Assembly: GCF_030028105.1 (NCBI RefSeq)
Contig: NC_092374.1
Coordinates: 178,398,057-178,462,056 of the forward strand
Origin: Mobula birostris
Taxonomy: Eukaryota
Length of the DNA stretch: 64,000 bases
Direction: 5' to 3'
The notes beneath the pieces are model-generated. The model saw nothing but the letters and a program-made list of their open reading frames with translations. It was not told the origin of the DNA and searched no databases. Of the stretch, positions 12,823 through 28,133 are shown piece by piece (position 1 is the stretch's first letter; the number at the start of each line of letters is the position of its first letter). A program made the position numbers and the translations under genes.

Positions 12823-15667
12823 TAGATCTGGTAAGGGAAAATTTATATGGGATATAAAGGGATAACTCTACTTTCATCACAATAAAATAGTGTAAAGATA
12901 ACTTGATGCTTCCTGGGTATTGGAAGAAAGCCCTTTTTCAGAAAGTGAAATTGATGAATGATAAACCTTAGTCCATTGTTATTAATGGCTGGAAGTCTGT
13001 TCAGTTTCTAGAAGTGAAACAGGAACAGTTGTTTTGGAAAAATGTGAATGTTATAGTGAATAAACACTGTTAATACATACACAAAGTGGACACACAATCT
13101 AGGTTTTCTTTTGTACTGGATAATTTTTTTCGGAGCTCATGAGAAAGAGAATTGTATTTAACAGTCTGCAGAAATTGAATCAATGAACATTGAAAATATA
13201 AGGTAGAGAAAGAAAATATGTCATCAGATATTTATTTATTTAGTGATACAGTATGGAACAGGCCCTTTTGGCCCTTTGGGTCACACCGTTCCAGCAACCC
13301 CCGACCAACCAAATTAACCCTACACATTCCACGAAGATCATTACAGATCAGCGCCAGAATTGAACTCCGAACTCCAGGATACCCTGAGCTGTAATAGCAT
13401 TGCTCTAACTGCTCTGCTACCGTGGCACCTGTATACATTGTAATAACTTCCTAATCAGAATCAGCAAAGTGCAGGACAGAATCGTAATTTGATTGTTTTT
13501 TCATGGCAATATTTGTGGTATTGTGATGAAGGAACAGACATGAAATAGCCCAGCCTCCCTCAAGGATATCCAGATCAAGTAGCAAAAGTATTCAAGCAAT
13601 CCACAATCGATGACAAGATCAGTTGACAGCCCAAGTATGGCCCATGTTGAAAGTTACCATTGGCCTTTTATTGGGATACTAGTACCTGTATAGGTGCTAA
13701 AGTGAAGCAACAAAAAATGCTAAAGTTTAAGTCATATTTACACTGAAAACTGTTCTTAATATGTTACATTGCTGACAAATTACCAGATGAAAAGGTTAAA
13801 TAACTCAGGAAGGTGGGACAGATTTTTATGAAATCAAGGAACTGACACAGTCAACGCAGGACAGCTTTCAAAATAATGATACAACAGGCGAGGTTTAAAC
13901 ACGTTGCTGATTTATGGATTGATGATGAGTTTTGGTGCATTGAAACATTTGAGAACTGGAGTAATGTTGTCCATAATTTATTAATGATATAGTACTTTGT
14001 AGATTTCTGTACAGTATGACTACCTCTGTATGATGATATGTATTTACCAAATGCAACTCAAACTGCTTTTGTGTGCTTGAGTAAATATTACTTCACTGTG
14101 AACTCTAAAGATAATGTAAAGTAAAATCAGAAGGAAAATTATTTGACACCGTGTCAGTATCACGCTAAATAAAAATTTAGAATGTTGAACAAATGAAAAA
14201 TCAACGTGCCAGTTCTTTCTATTGTCTTTTAGTGGCAAAACAAATCTCATGGAAAGGAAAAACTCACTCATGGTCTCCATGTTTGGTTAACAGGTGAGGT
14301 TAGAAATGCAAGAGCATAGAAATAATATGTGTTCAGAGACTTTGTTGCTAAAGTGGCAGTCCTTTGTTTTAACCTAACCATGTAGTCCACAAAAAATAAA
14401 CCTTGATCCTCCATAGTTTCACAATAATACAAAAAATAGAAGCAGGGGTAGGCCACTCAATCTCTTAAGCATTCCCTCCCATTCAGTATAATCATTGCTG
14501 GTCTGCCCCCTGCCGCATCCCCATAGGTTACCTCTTCTCTCCCATTCCCACCTCCCCAACTCTTCAATAAGTTGCCACTGGTGATCTATTGGGACCTTGG
14601 TAAATGTATATCTGGATGGATGGATGGAGGCCCTGAGCTTAATTTGTAACACAGGCCCAGACATTGAACACATTGCTGCTCAGTTCAGAAATTCCCCAGG
14701 GGAGCAACACCTAGGGAGCATAGCTTTAAGTGAGAAACTTTGAATAATGAAAATGAAAGCCAATGGATATAGGCCAATGGCAAGCAAATGGAACGAGCTT
14801 CGATAGGCACTTTAGTCGGCGTGGAGAAGTTGGTCTGAAAGGCCAATTTCTATGCTGTTTTATTCTGACTTTCAAACAAAGTATTGGTTATTTGAGTGAT
14901 CAAGTCATACAATTGTACTCTTAACCCATTTTAATCTTCCTATATTCCTGTGAAGCTTCTCCATACCTCCCACTGACCTACATGCAATAAACAGCACCCT
15001 TTTAACCTACCAACTGCATGTTTTTGTGAGTAGTGAGGAAACCAGAGTTCCTGGGACAAAGTGCAGTCACAGGGAGTACATGCAAAATCCACACAGACAG
15101 TACCGGAGGTCAGGACTGAACTTTGGTCTCTGGAGATGTGAGGCAGCAGTTGTAACTACTGCATCACTATATAGCCCAGAGCATTTGTAACACTGGCTAA
15201 GCTGGGTGAATTCAAAGGCCTGGAGGGATACTCCCAAGTTTATTTCATTTACTTGTAATTTCTGTCTAACATTTAATTTTTGATCAACAAAGAACTAGTC
15301 ATGATCCCTGATTATGCAATTATCACAGAATCAAAGAAGTGTAGAGTACAGAAATGAGGCATTTTGGCCCACTTCATTCATACCAACCCATGGTGCTTAT
15401 CTACAACAATCCTGTTTACCCACATTAGGCACCTATCCCTGTATGCCTTTCCTATTCGGGTATTTGTCGAAGTTTTTTGAAATGTTGTATCTGCCTCCAT
15501 CATTCTGGCTGTTCATTCCAGATATTCAGCAATCTCCGTACAAAACACTTACTCCGAGGATCTCCTTTCATTGCCTTTCCTCTCGCCTTGAAACTGAACC
15601 TTAAAGTTCCAGATTCCCTGTGTGTGTTCTGGCACTTCCTGTGTCACCTTGCATCTCATTTGAGATC

Positions 15668-15975
15668 ATAGAAACATATAAACCCTACAGCACCATACAG
15701 GCCCTTCGGCCCACAAACCTGTGCCGAACATGTCCTTACCTAAGAAATTACCTGGGGTTACCCATAGGCCTCTATTTTTCTGAGCTCCGTGTACCTGTCC
15801 ACAAGTCTCTTGAAAGACCCTATTGTATCTGTCCCCACCACCGTTGCCAGCGTCCCATTCCACACCCTCACCACTCTGCGTAAAAAACTTAGCCCTGACA
15901 TCTCCTCTGTACCTACTTCCAACACCTTAAAACTGTGCCCTCCCATGCTAGGAATTTCAGTCCTGGGAAAAAGGG
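15668..15975 (-). mobile_element. CR1 3' end fragment
   Basis: FLRRVVRVWN..DTIGSFKRLVDRY in ORF 15758-15946; (atagaaac) tail. Confidence 0.8.
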
Positions 15976-16557
15976 ATCATTGGAGTAAATTTCTCCTTCC
16001 TCTGCAGAACTCAACTTATAATTACAGACTCTATCCTCGTTGGGAAGGGGGGGTATTCTCAGCAATCCTCCAGATAAAATTTGCCCAAATCTTCCAAAAC
16101 TTACCAAGCAATGAACCGGGAAATAGACTATTCCCAGTCTGAGGAAGTAACGTACTCTTCCACTCACTGATAACAGGACACTGTGTGGAGAATGGATTAC
16201 TCTTAGTCTGGAATTCCAGCTGCCAATTTCAGGCCAGATTTTCCGAAGACAAGTACAACAGGCTGCTTACCTGAATAGGAAAAATGAAATGGAGATACAG
16301 GAGACTACAGATGCTCAATCGTGGAGCCACAGACAAACTGCTGGAGAATTTCAGTGGTGGGGCATCCGTGGAGGGTGTAGGAGGAACTGGCTGGTTCAGG
16401 AGGAGAGACAACAAGAAACAGGATGAAGCGGATTGTCTTAACTGAGGAGAGGTAAGAAAAACTTCCCATTCAGTTTAATTAAGATGGTAAATATGATTCT
16501 AATAATGTGTGTGTTCGACTTTCTTGACTTTTATAATTAAACAGTCAATAATCCAGC

Positions 16558-16675
16558 ACCACACATCAAAGTTGCTGGTGAACGCAGCAGGCCAGGCAGC
16601 ATCTCTAGGAAGAGGTACAGTCGACGTTTCAGGCCGAGACCCTTCGTCAGGACTAACTGAAGGAATAATCCAGCA
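16558..16675 (-). mobile_element. Short Penelope pLTR fragment carrying an intact hammerhead core
   Basis: Near-identical to the Penelope ends at 59085-59190. Confidence 0.85.
16618..16655 (-). ncRNA. Minimal type I hammerhead ribozyme (Penelope-associated), intact core
   Basis: Minus strand reads UAGUC-CUGACGA-AGG(GUCUCGG)CCU-GAAA-C-GUC-GACUG. Confidence 0.75.
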
Positions 16676-16829
16676 CCCTCAGGTTTTCAGTGGTATCAGA
16701 CCAACGGATATTCCAGAGTTTTGGATATTACTCCTATCAGCTCCTAAACATATTTTTTCACATGTTACACATGGGATAATACATTTTCCAGTGATTCCAG
16801 GGAGTTTATAGGCAGTAGGATATGGAGAC

Positions 16830-17250
16830 TGGAGAGAGTACATGAGAGGTCTGCAGGATGCTACCTGGATTAGAGGCTATGAACTTTAAGGAAAGGTTAG
16901 ATAAAACTTTTTTTTAACCGTAGAGCATCAAAGACTGAGGTGAGAACTGATCGAGGTATTTAAAGTTATGAGAGGAATAGATAGGTTGGACAATCAGAAT
17001 CTATTCCCAAAGGTAGCAATATCAAATGCCAGAGAGCATACTTTCAAGGTTAGGGGGAGAAGTTTTTTACGGAGAGTGGTAGGTGCTTAGTTATTAGAGA
17101 TAGTAGATGAATCAAGTAGTTTGATGGGGTTTAAGGACTTTTAGGTAGGCACAATATGAAGGGTATGGATGATACACCAGAGGAGGGCATTTAGTATGAA
17201 TTAGCACATCTTCATGGGATGAATGGCTTATCCTTTGTTCTGTTCATGCA
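16830..17250 (+). mobile_element. CR1 3' fragment, decayed
   Basis: gagcatcaaagactgaggtgagaactgatcgaggtatttaaagttatgagaggaatagatagg..ttttttacggagagtggtaggtgc matches the CR1 C-terminal coding segment. Confidence 0.75.
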
Positions 17251-17479
17251 GTTAGTCTGAGACCTTGTTCCAGGCAGAAACCAAAACCTGATTATGTTGT
17301 TGGGGATGGGCATCAATGGAGTCTGTGGAGAGAATTTGCTTTGCAATCCTAGTGAACTTTATCTTCAACATGACAGTCTATGGGGCAAGCGAATGAACAA
17401 TTAAGGCGTAGGGTTAATGATGGGGTACAGGGCTGGCAGTGCAGCCAATACAAAGTTCCTTCTGCTATCACATATGGAG

Positions 17480-18250
17480 GGACTGCGAAAGAGCTTAAAT
17501 TCTTTTCTTTAATGTCTCTTTTTACCTTTTCAAGGTGGCTGGGGTTCTGTTGAATTCTGTGATCTATAGCTGCACTCAAATGGTAGTTCGTTATGGCGGT
17601 GGGATCTCGCTTCTGGAGCTCGCCAATGGGCCGTTTTTGACACCTCCAGGAGAGGCTTGAAAGACTTGCAGCTTCGGGGTGTGGCTTCAAGGAGCCCCTG
17701 TGGCCTCGAGTCCTTGCTGGTGTCAGCAACTGAGGCATCGCAGGAGAACTACTGATGGAACGTCGTGACAGCAGGTGCAACTGTCAGAGGCCTCTGCATT
17801 CTCTCTCTCTCGGAGAAACTTGGAATAAAAGCAGTGCTGCAGATTGTAACGTCGTAACAGCGAGCTGTTTGTTGGACTCCCCTCTCTCTGGAAAGGGTGC
17901 CATCTCTCTCTCTCCCTTGTTAGTGAGAAAGAGAGAGTCTGCGCCATGTTGAATTGTTGGGTGAACAATGGTTCTTGTTAGACTGCAGATCATGGTCTCA
18001 CTTTGGGGGTTTGTTATTGCTTGCTTGGCAGGTAGTGGGCATTGATGTTTCCTGCTGAAACAAGTGGGGCAAGGGGGAGGGGGGAGGGTTGATGCTTTGT
18101 TGCTGCATGTGCGTGGGGGGCCTTTGGGTTTCTAGCATTTTTGTGTTATTCATTCTTTTGGGTTTTCTTGTTTCATGGATGTTGGTGAAGAGTAAGAATT
18201 TCAGGTTGTGTACTGTATATATTCTGTGAAATTTAATGAAACATTTATTT
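17480..18250 (+). mobile_element. Non-autonomous retroposon-like interspersed repeat
   Basis: GC-rich head and T-rich 3' part ending ..tgtatatattctgtgaaatttaatgaaac; similar architecture at 20200-20420, 28915-29539 and 51770-52500(-). Confidence 0.5.
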
Positions 18251-18356
18251 TTTAAAGGAAACTTATCTGCTGACTGTGCAGCTCACCAAGGTACAACAAT
18301 CCTTTTGCACGGCTCCCCTGACCATAAGAGTGCTGAGTTGATACTTAGAAAAGAAA

Positions 18357-20030
18357 CCATAGAAAAACTACAGCACAGAAACAGGCCTTTTGGCCCTTCT
18401 TGGCAGTGCTGATCCATTTTCTGCCTAGTCCCACTGACCTGCACACGGACCATATCCCTCCATACACCTCCCATCCATGTATCTGTCCAATTTATTCTTA
18501 AATGTTAAAAAAGAACCCGCATTTACCACCTCGTCTGGCAGCTCATTCCATACTCCCACCACTCTCTGTGTGAAGAAGCCCCCACTAATGTTCCCTTTAA
18601 ACATTTCCCCCCTCACCCTTAACCCATGTCCTCTGGTTTTTTTCTCCCCTTGCCTCAGTAGAAAAAGCCTGCTTGCATTCACTCTATCTATACCCATCAT
18701 AATTTTATATACCTCTATCAAATCTCCCCTCATTCTTCTACGCTCCAGGAAATAAAGTCCTAACCTATTCAACCTTTCTCTGTAACTGAGTTTCTCAAGT
18801 CCCAGCAACATCCTTGTAAACCTTCTCTGCACTCTTTCAACCTTATTTATATCCTTCCTGAAATTTGGTGACCAAAACTGAACACAATACTCCAGATTCG
18901 GCCTCACCAATGCCTTATACAACCTCATCATAACATTCCAGCTCTTATACTCAATACTTTGATTAATAAAGCCCAATGTACCAAAAGCTCTCTTTACGAC
19001 CGTATGACGCCACTTTTAGGGATTTTTGTATCTGTATTCCCAGATCCCTCTGTTCTACTGCACTCCTCAGTGCCTTACCATTAACCCTGTATGTTCTACC
19101 TTGGTTTGCCCTTCCAACGTGCAATACCTCACACTTGTCTGTATTAAACTCCATCTGCCATTTTTCAGCCCATTTTTCCAGCTGGTCCAAGTCCCTCTGC
19201 AGGCTCTGAAAACCTTCCTCACTGTCTACTACACCTCCAGTCTTTGTATCATCAGCAAACTTGCTGATCCAATTTACCACATTATCATCTAGATTATTGA
19301 TATAGATGACAAATAACAATGGACCCAGCACTGATCCCTGTGGCACACCACTAGTCACAGGTCTCCACTGGGAGAAGCAATTCTCTACTACCACTCTTTG
19401 GCTTCTTCCATTGAGCCAACGTCTAATCCAGTTTACTATCTCTCCATGTATACCTAGTGACTGAATTTTCCTAACTAACCTCCCATGCGGGACCTTGTCA
19501 AAGGCCTTACTGAAGTCCATGTAGACAATATCCACTGCCTTCCCTTCATCCACTTTCCCAGTAACTTCCTCGAAAAACTCCAATAGATTGGTCAAACATG
19601 ACCTACCACGCACAAAGCCATGTTGACTCTCCCTAGTAAGTCCCTGTCTACCCAAATGCTTGTAGATTCTGTCTCTTAGTACTCCCTCCAATAACTTACC
19701 TACTACTGACGTTAAACTTACCGGCCTATAATTTCCCGGATTACTTTTCGATCCTTTTTTAAACAACGGAACAACATAAGCCACTCTCCAATCCTCCGGC
19801 ACCTCACTTGTAGACAGCGACATTTTAAATATTTCTGCCAGGGCCCCTGCAATCTCAACACTAGTGTCCTTCAAGGTCCAAGGGAACACCCTGTCGGGTC
19901 CCGGGGATTTATCCACTTTAATTTTCCTCAGGACAGCAAGCCCCACCTCCTTTTCAATCTGTACAGTTTCCATGATCTCACTACTTGTTTCCCTTAATTC
20001 CATAGACTTCATGCCAGCCAACAGCACTTC
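18357..20030 (-). mobile_element. CR1 LINE, 5'-truncated (RT domain + 3' end)
   Basis: ORFs 18963-20144 ([46 protein letters not shown]) and 18425-18976; frameshift near 19000. Confidence 0.95.
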
Positions 20031-21984
20031 TTTCACCCTGTATGAAACTGATCTCATTCTCTTTAACTTCACTTTCATTGCGTATTCTAGTTGTATCACT
20101 TCTACTTCTGCTTTCCTTGGAATATGGTTCATATTATGATACATTTCTTGTTTCTGGTTGCTCCTCTTTGTTTGCTATTTTTGGGTGTTTTTGATCGGGC
20201 AGACTGCAGATAATGAATTGAGTTGAACTGAATATGCCTGGACACTTTCAATGTTATGTTTTATATGCTGTGTTTTTGCTCATTTTTCTGTTTCTGCATG
20301 GAGGGAGGGGTTGATGTTTTTCTTTGAGTAGTTTCCTTGGTTTTCTTTGTTTCATGGCTGTCTGTGGAGAAGACGAATCTTAGGGACAGATACTTATGCT
20401 TTGATCATAAATGGACTTTGAATCTGTTGCAGTGCTGATTTTCTGCACTGACCATTTACAACCAGAGCTGTGGTTTGCTAATGTCATGTTACTCTGTGAT
20501 TCACAAAGAACTATTTGACAGCCTGTTCCTTCGCCTTCTAGTTTCGTAAAAAAAGTGACCACTGGTTTCTTACCTTGTGAGCCTCCAACAGACCCATCAT
20601 GATGAAGAATCTTGGCCCAAAACTTTGACTGTTTATTTCCTTCCATAGGTCCTGCTGTCAAGCTGAGTTCCTCCAGCTTTTTGTGTGTATATATCCATCT
20701 TTCAAGCCTTTCTCCTCTGTGTTCAACTCCTCTAGGGAAACACTCTCCCCACTTTGTCATTACATGCATCACCCTTTTGATCTCCATCTTCCTTTGTTTG
20801 ACCATCCCAACCCCTCAAAACCTGAAGGTTTATCACTTCTGTATCTGCTGCAAGCTACTGGCCCCTGTCCCTCAAGTAGCTAGATCCCAAACTTCTTTCC
20901 TAAAACTCCTTGCTAATACCCCACTATTCATTACAAGCCTGTTTAGTTTGACCTACTGTCTGTAATGTCAAATCACTCTCTGTAGAGTCCTCACATGCTT
21001 ACCCGTGTACAAAGATCTAGATCTGTTCTGCACTGTGAGCACTAGACACTACCCCAGACCATGGTGTCTCTTGCAGCTAGAGATTCCACAGGAGACTGTC
21101 TTCAAGCTTACTGATGGGACAGTCTTGAGACAGACCCTGCCCTAGTTTGCGAGCTTAAGTTGTACATAGGCCAATGATTTTGATGTTCGTAAACATTCAA
21201 AATCCCAGAATTTTGACAATTTGGTGTCTAGCTGACTCATTATCCCGGGAAGTGAGCTGGATGTCCAGAGTATGAATGAGGTATGACAGCAAGACATAAG
21301 CATGGGATCCGTCCTTTCAGCCCATCGAGATTGCCATTCAATTATGGTTGATTTATTTTTCCCCCTCAAGTCCATTCTGCCTTCTCCCTATAACCTTAAT
21401 GTACTTTCTCATCAAGGACTTTATCAGCTCTGCTTTAAATATACCCAAGTTATTTAACCTCCACAGTTGTCTATGGGAATGTGTACAGCCAGAGTTTGGG
21501 GTCCTGACTGTGGACAACGCGTGTGGCTGGTGCCAAGGATGGAGTCTGGAACACCAGAGGGTGAATGATGAATTCTATGCTTCACTTTTGCTTTGTTGCA
21601 GAGTGACAGTGCAGAAACACAAAGTAAGTAGTGAGGAGAGGAATAACGACATACTGTTTGCAGACCGTTTAGAAACTGGATAATGGAGAAACTGTTTCTG
21701 AATTGCTTATGGTGGGTTTTCGGACTTCTCGACATCATCCTGATGTTAATAATGAGATGAGGGTTGGTCGTGGATCCAGACAAACGCAGAATTTTCTCCA
21801 GACTCTCTCCATTGCCAGTACATTCCATAATGTGGTATTCACCAATAGTGGCATAACCTATCTTGTAAAGTTGCAACATAATGTACCAACTTTTATATTC
21901 TGTGCCAAGACCAATGAAGATAACCCTGCTATATGCCTTCTTCATCACTCTATAGATCTATGCGCCACTGTCAGGGAACTATTG

Positions 21985-23130
21985 TAGGGTAACGTAATTG
22001 GAAAAAATGGACATAATCCACAACCACTGAAATTGAGTTGGGGTTTTGCTTTAAGAGGCTGGGCTGACATGATGACGTTACATAAAGATTTTTAGTGTGT
22101 TTTGGAGTTTAAGATGTGTTACAGGCTCTCAGACGATTCCAGAATTATTGAACACGTCGGGCAACACAATTGCTTTGAAACTGCCAAAGTTTTGCAAGCA
22201 AAGTGCCGTCACTTTTATCATACAAGCTGAGGCCCAGTTGGCTCTGCAAGAAATCACCACCAGTGACACCAAATTTTACCACATGGTAGCATCGCTCAGT
22301 ACTATTATGGCTACAAGAGCGGTGAGTCTGCTTGAACACCCGCCTGAACACAATAACTACCAATTGCTGAAAACTACCCTTTTACACAATTTTGGACTAT
22401 TGGAGTCTGTGTGTGCCAAACAGTTGTTCTCCTTATCCAGTCATGGTGATGCTAGGCCTTTGGAGATAATGGACCACATTCTGTATCTCCTGGGAAATCA
22501 GCATCTTTGTTTTATTTTTTAAAAACTCTTCATGCAGTTAATGCCTGATCAAGTTTGCATAGCCCTCACTAATGCACCCGTGATGGACTATAGCGAGCTT
22601 GCTAAAAAGGCTGATAGTCTACACTCAGCTAGACAGCGGTGCATCATTCCTCCTCCTTTCTCTACCTCAATAAGCCCAGTCAGAAAAGCCCCCAACAAGA
22701 GGATGCCAGTGGCTGTGAAACAAACAATGCTGGGTCTGTGGTTTTATCATGCTCACTTTATTACATACATGAAGAAGTGCCGGCCATTTTCTGCTTTGAC
22801 AGTTCCAGCACATTGGGACATCAAAGATCTGTGAACACCTTGAGCTTCAACTGCCAGGGTTGTCTGCTATTCATTATGGACATCTATTCAAGGTGACGCT
22901 TCCTGTGTGACACGTGCTCAAGTGTGTGTGCTGCCAGCATAGCCTATTGAGGAGAAGGCAAAGAGCTATGAGATCTTTCTGGAGGCTGACAATGGCAGCA
23001 AGATCCAGACTTAAAGGACACGACAGGTGTCGCTCTGCTTCAGTGGGTGACATTACACGTGGGACTTTATCCTGGCTAAAGTGGCTGGACCTGTGCTCGA
23101 TATAGATTTCCTGTGTGTCCAAGGGAACTT
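21985..23130 (+). mobile_element. Gypsy-type LTR retrotransposon 5' part (LTR remnant, gag, protease), decayed
   Basis: IALKLPKF..FIIQAEAQLALQEIT..TKFYHMVASL gag motif (22097-22522); cgcttcctgtgtgacac (RFLCDT) protease-like remnant near 22900. Confidence 0.75.
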
Positions 23131-26100
23131 TCCTGAACACATTTGACAAACTCTATTCCATCCAATTCTTTTACAGTATGGGAGTCCCAGTCAATATGTG
23201 AAGAGTCAATTTCACATACTATCACAACCTTATGTTTCTTGCAACAGTGTGCGATCTCTCTACAAATTAGTTCCTGTAAAGCCCACAGACCTTCTCCACT
23301 GCCAGGATGAAGCACAATGCAAAGTGGAGGAGCAGCATCTTATAGACAGCCTGGATTGTTTATGACTCAATGGTATGAATACTCAGTTGTTCAATTTTAG
23401 TTTAACACACCTTCCACCCACTTTAGCCCCTCTCCATATATCCCTTTTTCCTACCTCTCCTTCTGACCTTCCAGTCCTCCCACTTTTGTCCCCTTTCCCA
23501 CACCCACCCCTAGCTTCTCACTCACCTTCATCCCCGCCCCTCCTTTACTCATATATCACCCTTCTTACCTCCCTTCACCAGATTTCTCCTGTCCTCACAT
23601 TGTCCTTCTCCATCTGTTTTTCTTTCCTCTTTCCTCCCTCTTTGTCTTCCTTCAGCTATCATTTACCTTCCACTGTCTCCCAACTCCAATTCCGCTCACC
23701 TTCCCTACCTGCCTGTCGTCTCACACCCTTCCTCAGTCCACCAGTTACCTAGGAATCCCTTTCCCAAAGTCAAATTTCTTTAATGTAACTGTTCTTCTTT
23801 TTCCAATGCATCCCTTCATACTTACACCCATAACACCACTGAGCCATAGATACAGGCCTGTCGTGGTTTGGAGGCTAGTGTGCCTCATTCCTCTGGAGGA
23901 CTGTTGGCTGGAGTCAGAGCTTCATGTTTTGGTTCTTGGTAGGGTCACCCATGCCATACAGGTCAAAGGGTAGAGGACAGAGTAAGAGTGGTCCACCGGT
24001 CCTCAAGGTTCAGTGTTCAGCTCTGGGCTAATACACCTGACTGGTAACACAAACTTGTTATGGAAACAGTAATTAAGAATCCTTCTGCATCTGAGTGCAA
24101 TGGTCCACCCAGGACTTCAATGACTGACAGTAGTGAAAACCGAGTAGAAGCTACTGTCACGATGAAGGGAGCCTTGAATACCACCAGCGATGGAGGACCT
24201 TCATTGCTGCCCTAAATGCAAGCAGTGTAACAGGCAGTAAGTAAGTAAGCATTCTCCTGAAAGCCCCTCAGGTTTTCATATTCATCCATGGATTAGGGGG
24301 AACTTACAACAGTTAGTTAAACCAAACAGGGAACATTTTTGTTGCAGGACAAGAAATTGGAACATCCAGGGGAAGCTACAGGGTCACAGAGTTTTCAATA
24401 GAGACACAATGAGGAGAGAGGAAGTGGAAGGGTCTCATGAGGTGCCTGCTGCAGAGAATTCAGGCTTGCATGTTTTTTCTGTAACTCTTGGTTGTCCAGG
24501 TTTTCTCCCCCACCCCAATGATGCATAGATGGTGCATTAACTAGCAACTGTAACTTGCCCCTAGTGTGTGAGTCAGGGGTAGAATCTGGAGTTGATGGAG
24601 AAGATGATAAGAATCTGGAGTGAATAAAATAACAACCTGCAGCAGCTAATTTACCTCCTGATCTGCCATGTCTTTGGGATGAGGGATGAGCACCCAGCAG
24701 ATACCCATGGAGTCACAGGAGAAACATGCAAACTGCACACAGATATCACCCAAAATCAGAACTGAACCTGTGTCTGCAGTTAAGCTGCAGGGCTACCAGC
24801 TGCACCACTCCGCTGGTAGTGTCTTAAGGGAAGAATAACAGACGAAAGCCCAATGATCCATCAATCTGAAGCCCTGCCTCCTACACCAAATCCTTAGCCG
24901 CAACTGTATAATCTTTCTTTCTTTCTTTTCAAATCTTTTTATCATGATTATCCAAAATTAACAAGACTACATGGAAGTAGGCAACACTTATAATGTCTCA
25001 AGAGAAAAAGAAATCGCTTTAAAGATTGGAAAAATTCTGGTGACAAGAAAAAGAGGAAAAAATAAACCCTACTAAATCAAAGAAAAGTGAGAAAAAAAAC
25101 ACCAGTAGATGTTCAACCCTGGAGCCATGCGTCATACAAAAAGCTTCTAAAGATAAACATCAAACCGCCAGCAAGAAAAAATAATGTACCAAAAATTTAC
25201 AATTAGATCGTGGAGGAAATCTATCAATTAACTCAAATGATAGTAACGAACAAATGAACCCCATCTTTTCTCAAAATCAAACGTAGGTTCAAAGGTTTGA
25301 CTTCTAATTTTCTCCAAACTAAGACATAGCATCACTTGAGAGAACCATTGTGACAAAATGGGAGCCAATGTATCCTTCCACTTCAACAAAATGGCCCTCC
25401 TAGCTGTGAATGTAACAAATGCAATAACATGTTTGGTCAGACAAAGAGATACCACTGATATTTTGAGGAATTATTCCACAAAGCACAGGTAATTTGTTAG
25501 GTTGTAAATTAAGTTTAAGTGCTTTAAAAATGGTAGAAAAAAAACTGACTTCCAGAACTGTTCCAGTATAGAACAAGACCAAAACGTGTGTGTCAGTGTA
25601 GCTGTCTCAGTTTTACATCTATCGCAATAACTTTCAACATTTGGAAACATTTTACACAATCTCTCATTCATCAAATAGTAACGATGTACAATTTAAAATC
25701 GAATCAGTGAATGACTAGCACAGATCAAAGAAGAGTTAACCAACTTCAGAACCCAGACCTCCGTCATAAAAGTCAAATTAATTTCCTTTTCCCAATCTTC
25801 TTTAATCTTAAATAAAGGACGCTTATCTCATTGTAATAGTAAATTATAAATTCTTCCAATGGAACCCTTCATCAATGGATTCATACTCGTAATAGTATCT
25901 AACAAGTCGGTATCCAATATATAAGGAAAATTACTTAAATATTTTTGTAAGAAATGTCTAACTTGAAGGTATTGTAAAAAGTGTGAGTATGAAAGGGAAT
26001 ATTTATCAACTAACTGTTCAAAAGACATCAGTCTATCTTCTTTAAATAAATCCAAGAAAGAATTAATACCTTTATTTTTCTAAAGTAAAAAAATGGATCA

Positions 26101-28133
26101 CTCAAAGAAGGCTTAAAAAAATAATTACGATAAATTAAACTACAAAGTTTAAATTGTTTAAAATTTTGAAAAAGTATGGATCTGGAGCCAAGTTTGTAAA
26201 GATTGCTTAATCACAGGGTATAAATTTAAATTAGCAACCTTAGCTAATTGTATACGTAAAGCAGTTCCCAATAGCGAGGTTAAATAAAACTGTTTCATAG
26301 CTTTCAATTCCAAGTCTACTCAAATTGGCCAATCGTTCTTATCAATCTAGTGTAACCAAAAGGACATATATCGCACATTAACAGCCCAGTAATACATTCT
26401 TAAATTAGGCAAAGCAAGACCTCCATCCTTTTTCAAATTTGGTAAGTGACATTCACTAATTCTTGGTCGTTCATTATTCCGAATAAAAGATAAAATAATA
26501 GAATCAATCTGATTGAAAAACTTCTTAGTCAGAAAAACAGGGATATTCTGAAATAAATATAAAAAGTTTGGTAAAATCATCATTTTGACTATATGGATGC
26601 GACCAGCAAGTGAAAATCTAAGTGGATTCCATCTGCTAAATAAATACTTCATCAAATATACCAAGGGAACAAAATTAGCTTTATAAAGATCCTTATATTT
26701 TTTAGTGATTATAACACCTAAATATCTGAAGGAATCTGACTTTGAAAGGAGTATTATCATATATAGAAATAGATTCATTTAAAGGAAACAGTTCACTTCT
26801 CCTGAAATTTATTTCCTATCCTGAAAAATCTCCAAATTCATTAAATAATTTTAGCAAGGCAGGAATAGATTCCTCGGTATTGGATATATAAACCAGTAAA
26901 TCATCAGCGTAAACAGTTATCTTATGAATGGTCTCATTCACAAATACCTCAGAAATATCTTTAGCTTCACGAAGAGCAATAGTAAGGGGTTCTAATATTA
27001 AATTAAATAACAAAGAACTTAATGGACAACTTTGTCTTGTCCCCTGTGAAAGCTGAGAAAAGGGGATCTACAGTTATTAGTAATAACAGTAGCAATAGGA
27101 GTTTTATATATCATTCTATTCCGATTATTAAAATTAATACCAAAACCAAATTTCTCTAAAACATTAAATAAATATTTTCATCTGACTAAACCGAATGCTT
27201 TTTCAGCATCCAAAGAGACGATGCATTGCGGAGTTTTAAAAGAGGACGAATATATGATGTTAAATAATCTCTGAACATTTGAAAAGGAATAACGACCCTT
27301 TATAAAGCCTATTTGATCTTTAAAAATTATTTTACCCAAAATATTTTCCAACTGATTGGCCATTATCTTTGACAGAATCTTAGCATCGACATTCAATAAT
27401 GAAATACGTCTGTATGAGGCACAATTAGTAGGATCTTTATCCTTTTTTAAGATTTTAAGAAAGAGAAGCCTCATAAAAATCACCTTTCATAAAAGAATCC
27501 TTAAGCATTTCCAACATTTACGGAGAAATCAATTTACCAATTTTTTAATAAAATTCTACATGATAGCCATCAAGTCCAGGGGCCTTACCAGATTGTATTG
27601 AAAAAATAGCTTTATGAGTTTCGGCTTCAGTAATTTGGGCATCAAGAGTTTTTTGATCTCAACAGAAATTTGAAGAAAAGCAATCTTTCATAAGAAAGCT
27701 TTCATTTTAGAAGAATCTACTGGAAATTGAGATTTATAAAGTTCAGTATAAAAATCTTGAAAAATCTTATTAATTTCTTCATATTCCCTAGCCAGGGTAC
27801 CATCTTTCCTATGGATTTTCAAAATCTGCCTTTTGGTTCTAGCTGTTTTTAATTGAGATGCGAGCAGTTTGTTATTTTTATCTCCAAACATATAAAATTG
27901 GCTCTTTAGCTTAAGCAAGTAGCCTTCACTAGGATGAGTTAATAACAAATTACATTGTGATTGGAGTTCCACCATTTGTTTGAATAAATCAATATTAGGG
28001 GAGATTGCATAAATATTATCTAAGTCTTTAATTTGTTTTGAAATCTTATCTAATTCTACTTTAGTCTGTTTTTAAGCTTAACTGAATAAGAAATGATCTG
28101 ACCACGTAAAAATGCTTTAACTGTATCCCATAA

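Noticed and set aside
23375-23752. 125-aa Pro/Ser/Leu-rich ORF
   Set aside because: Translation of a polypyrimidine low-complexity tract
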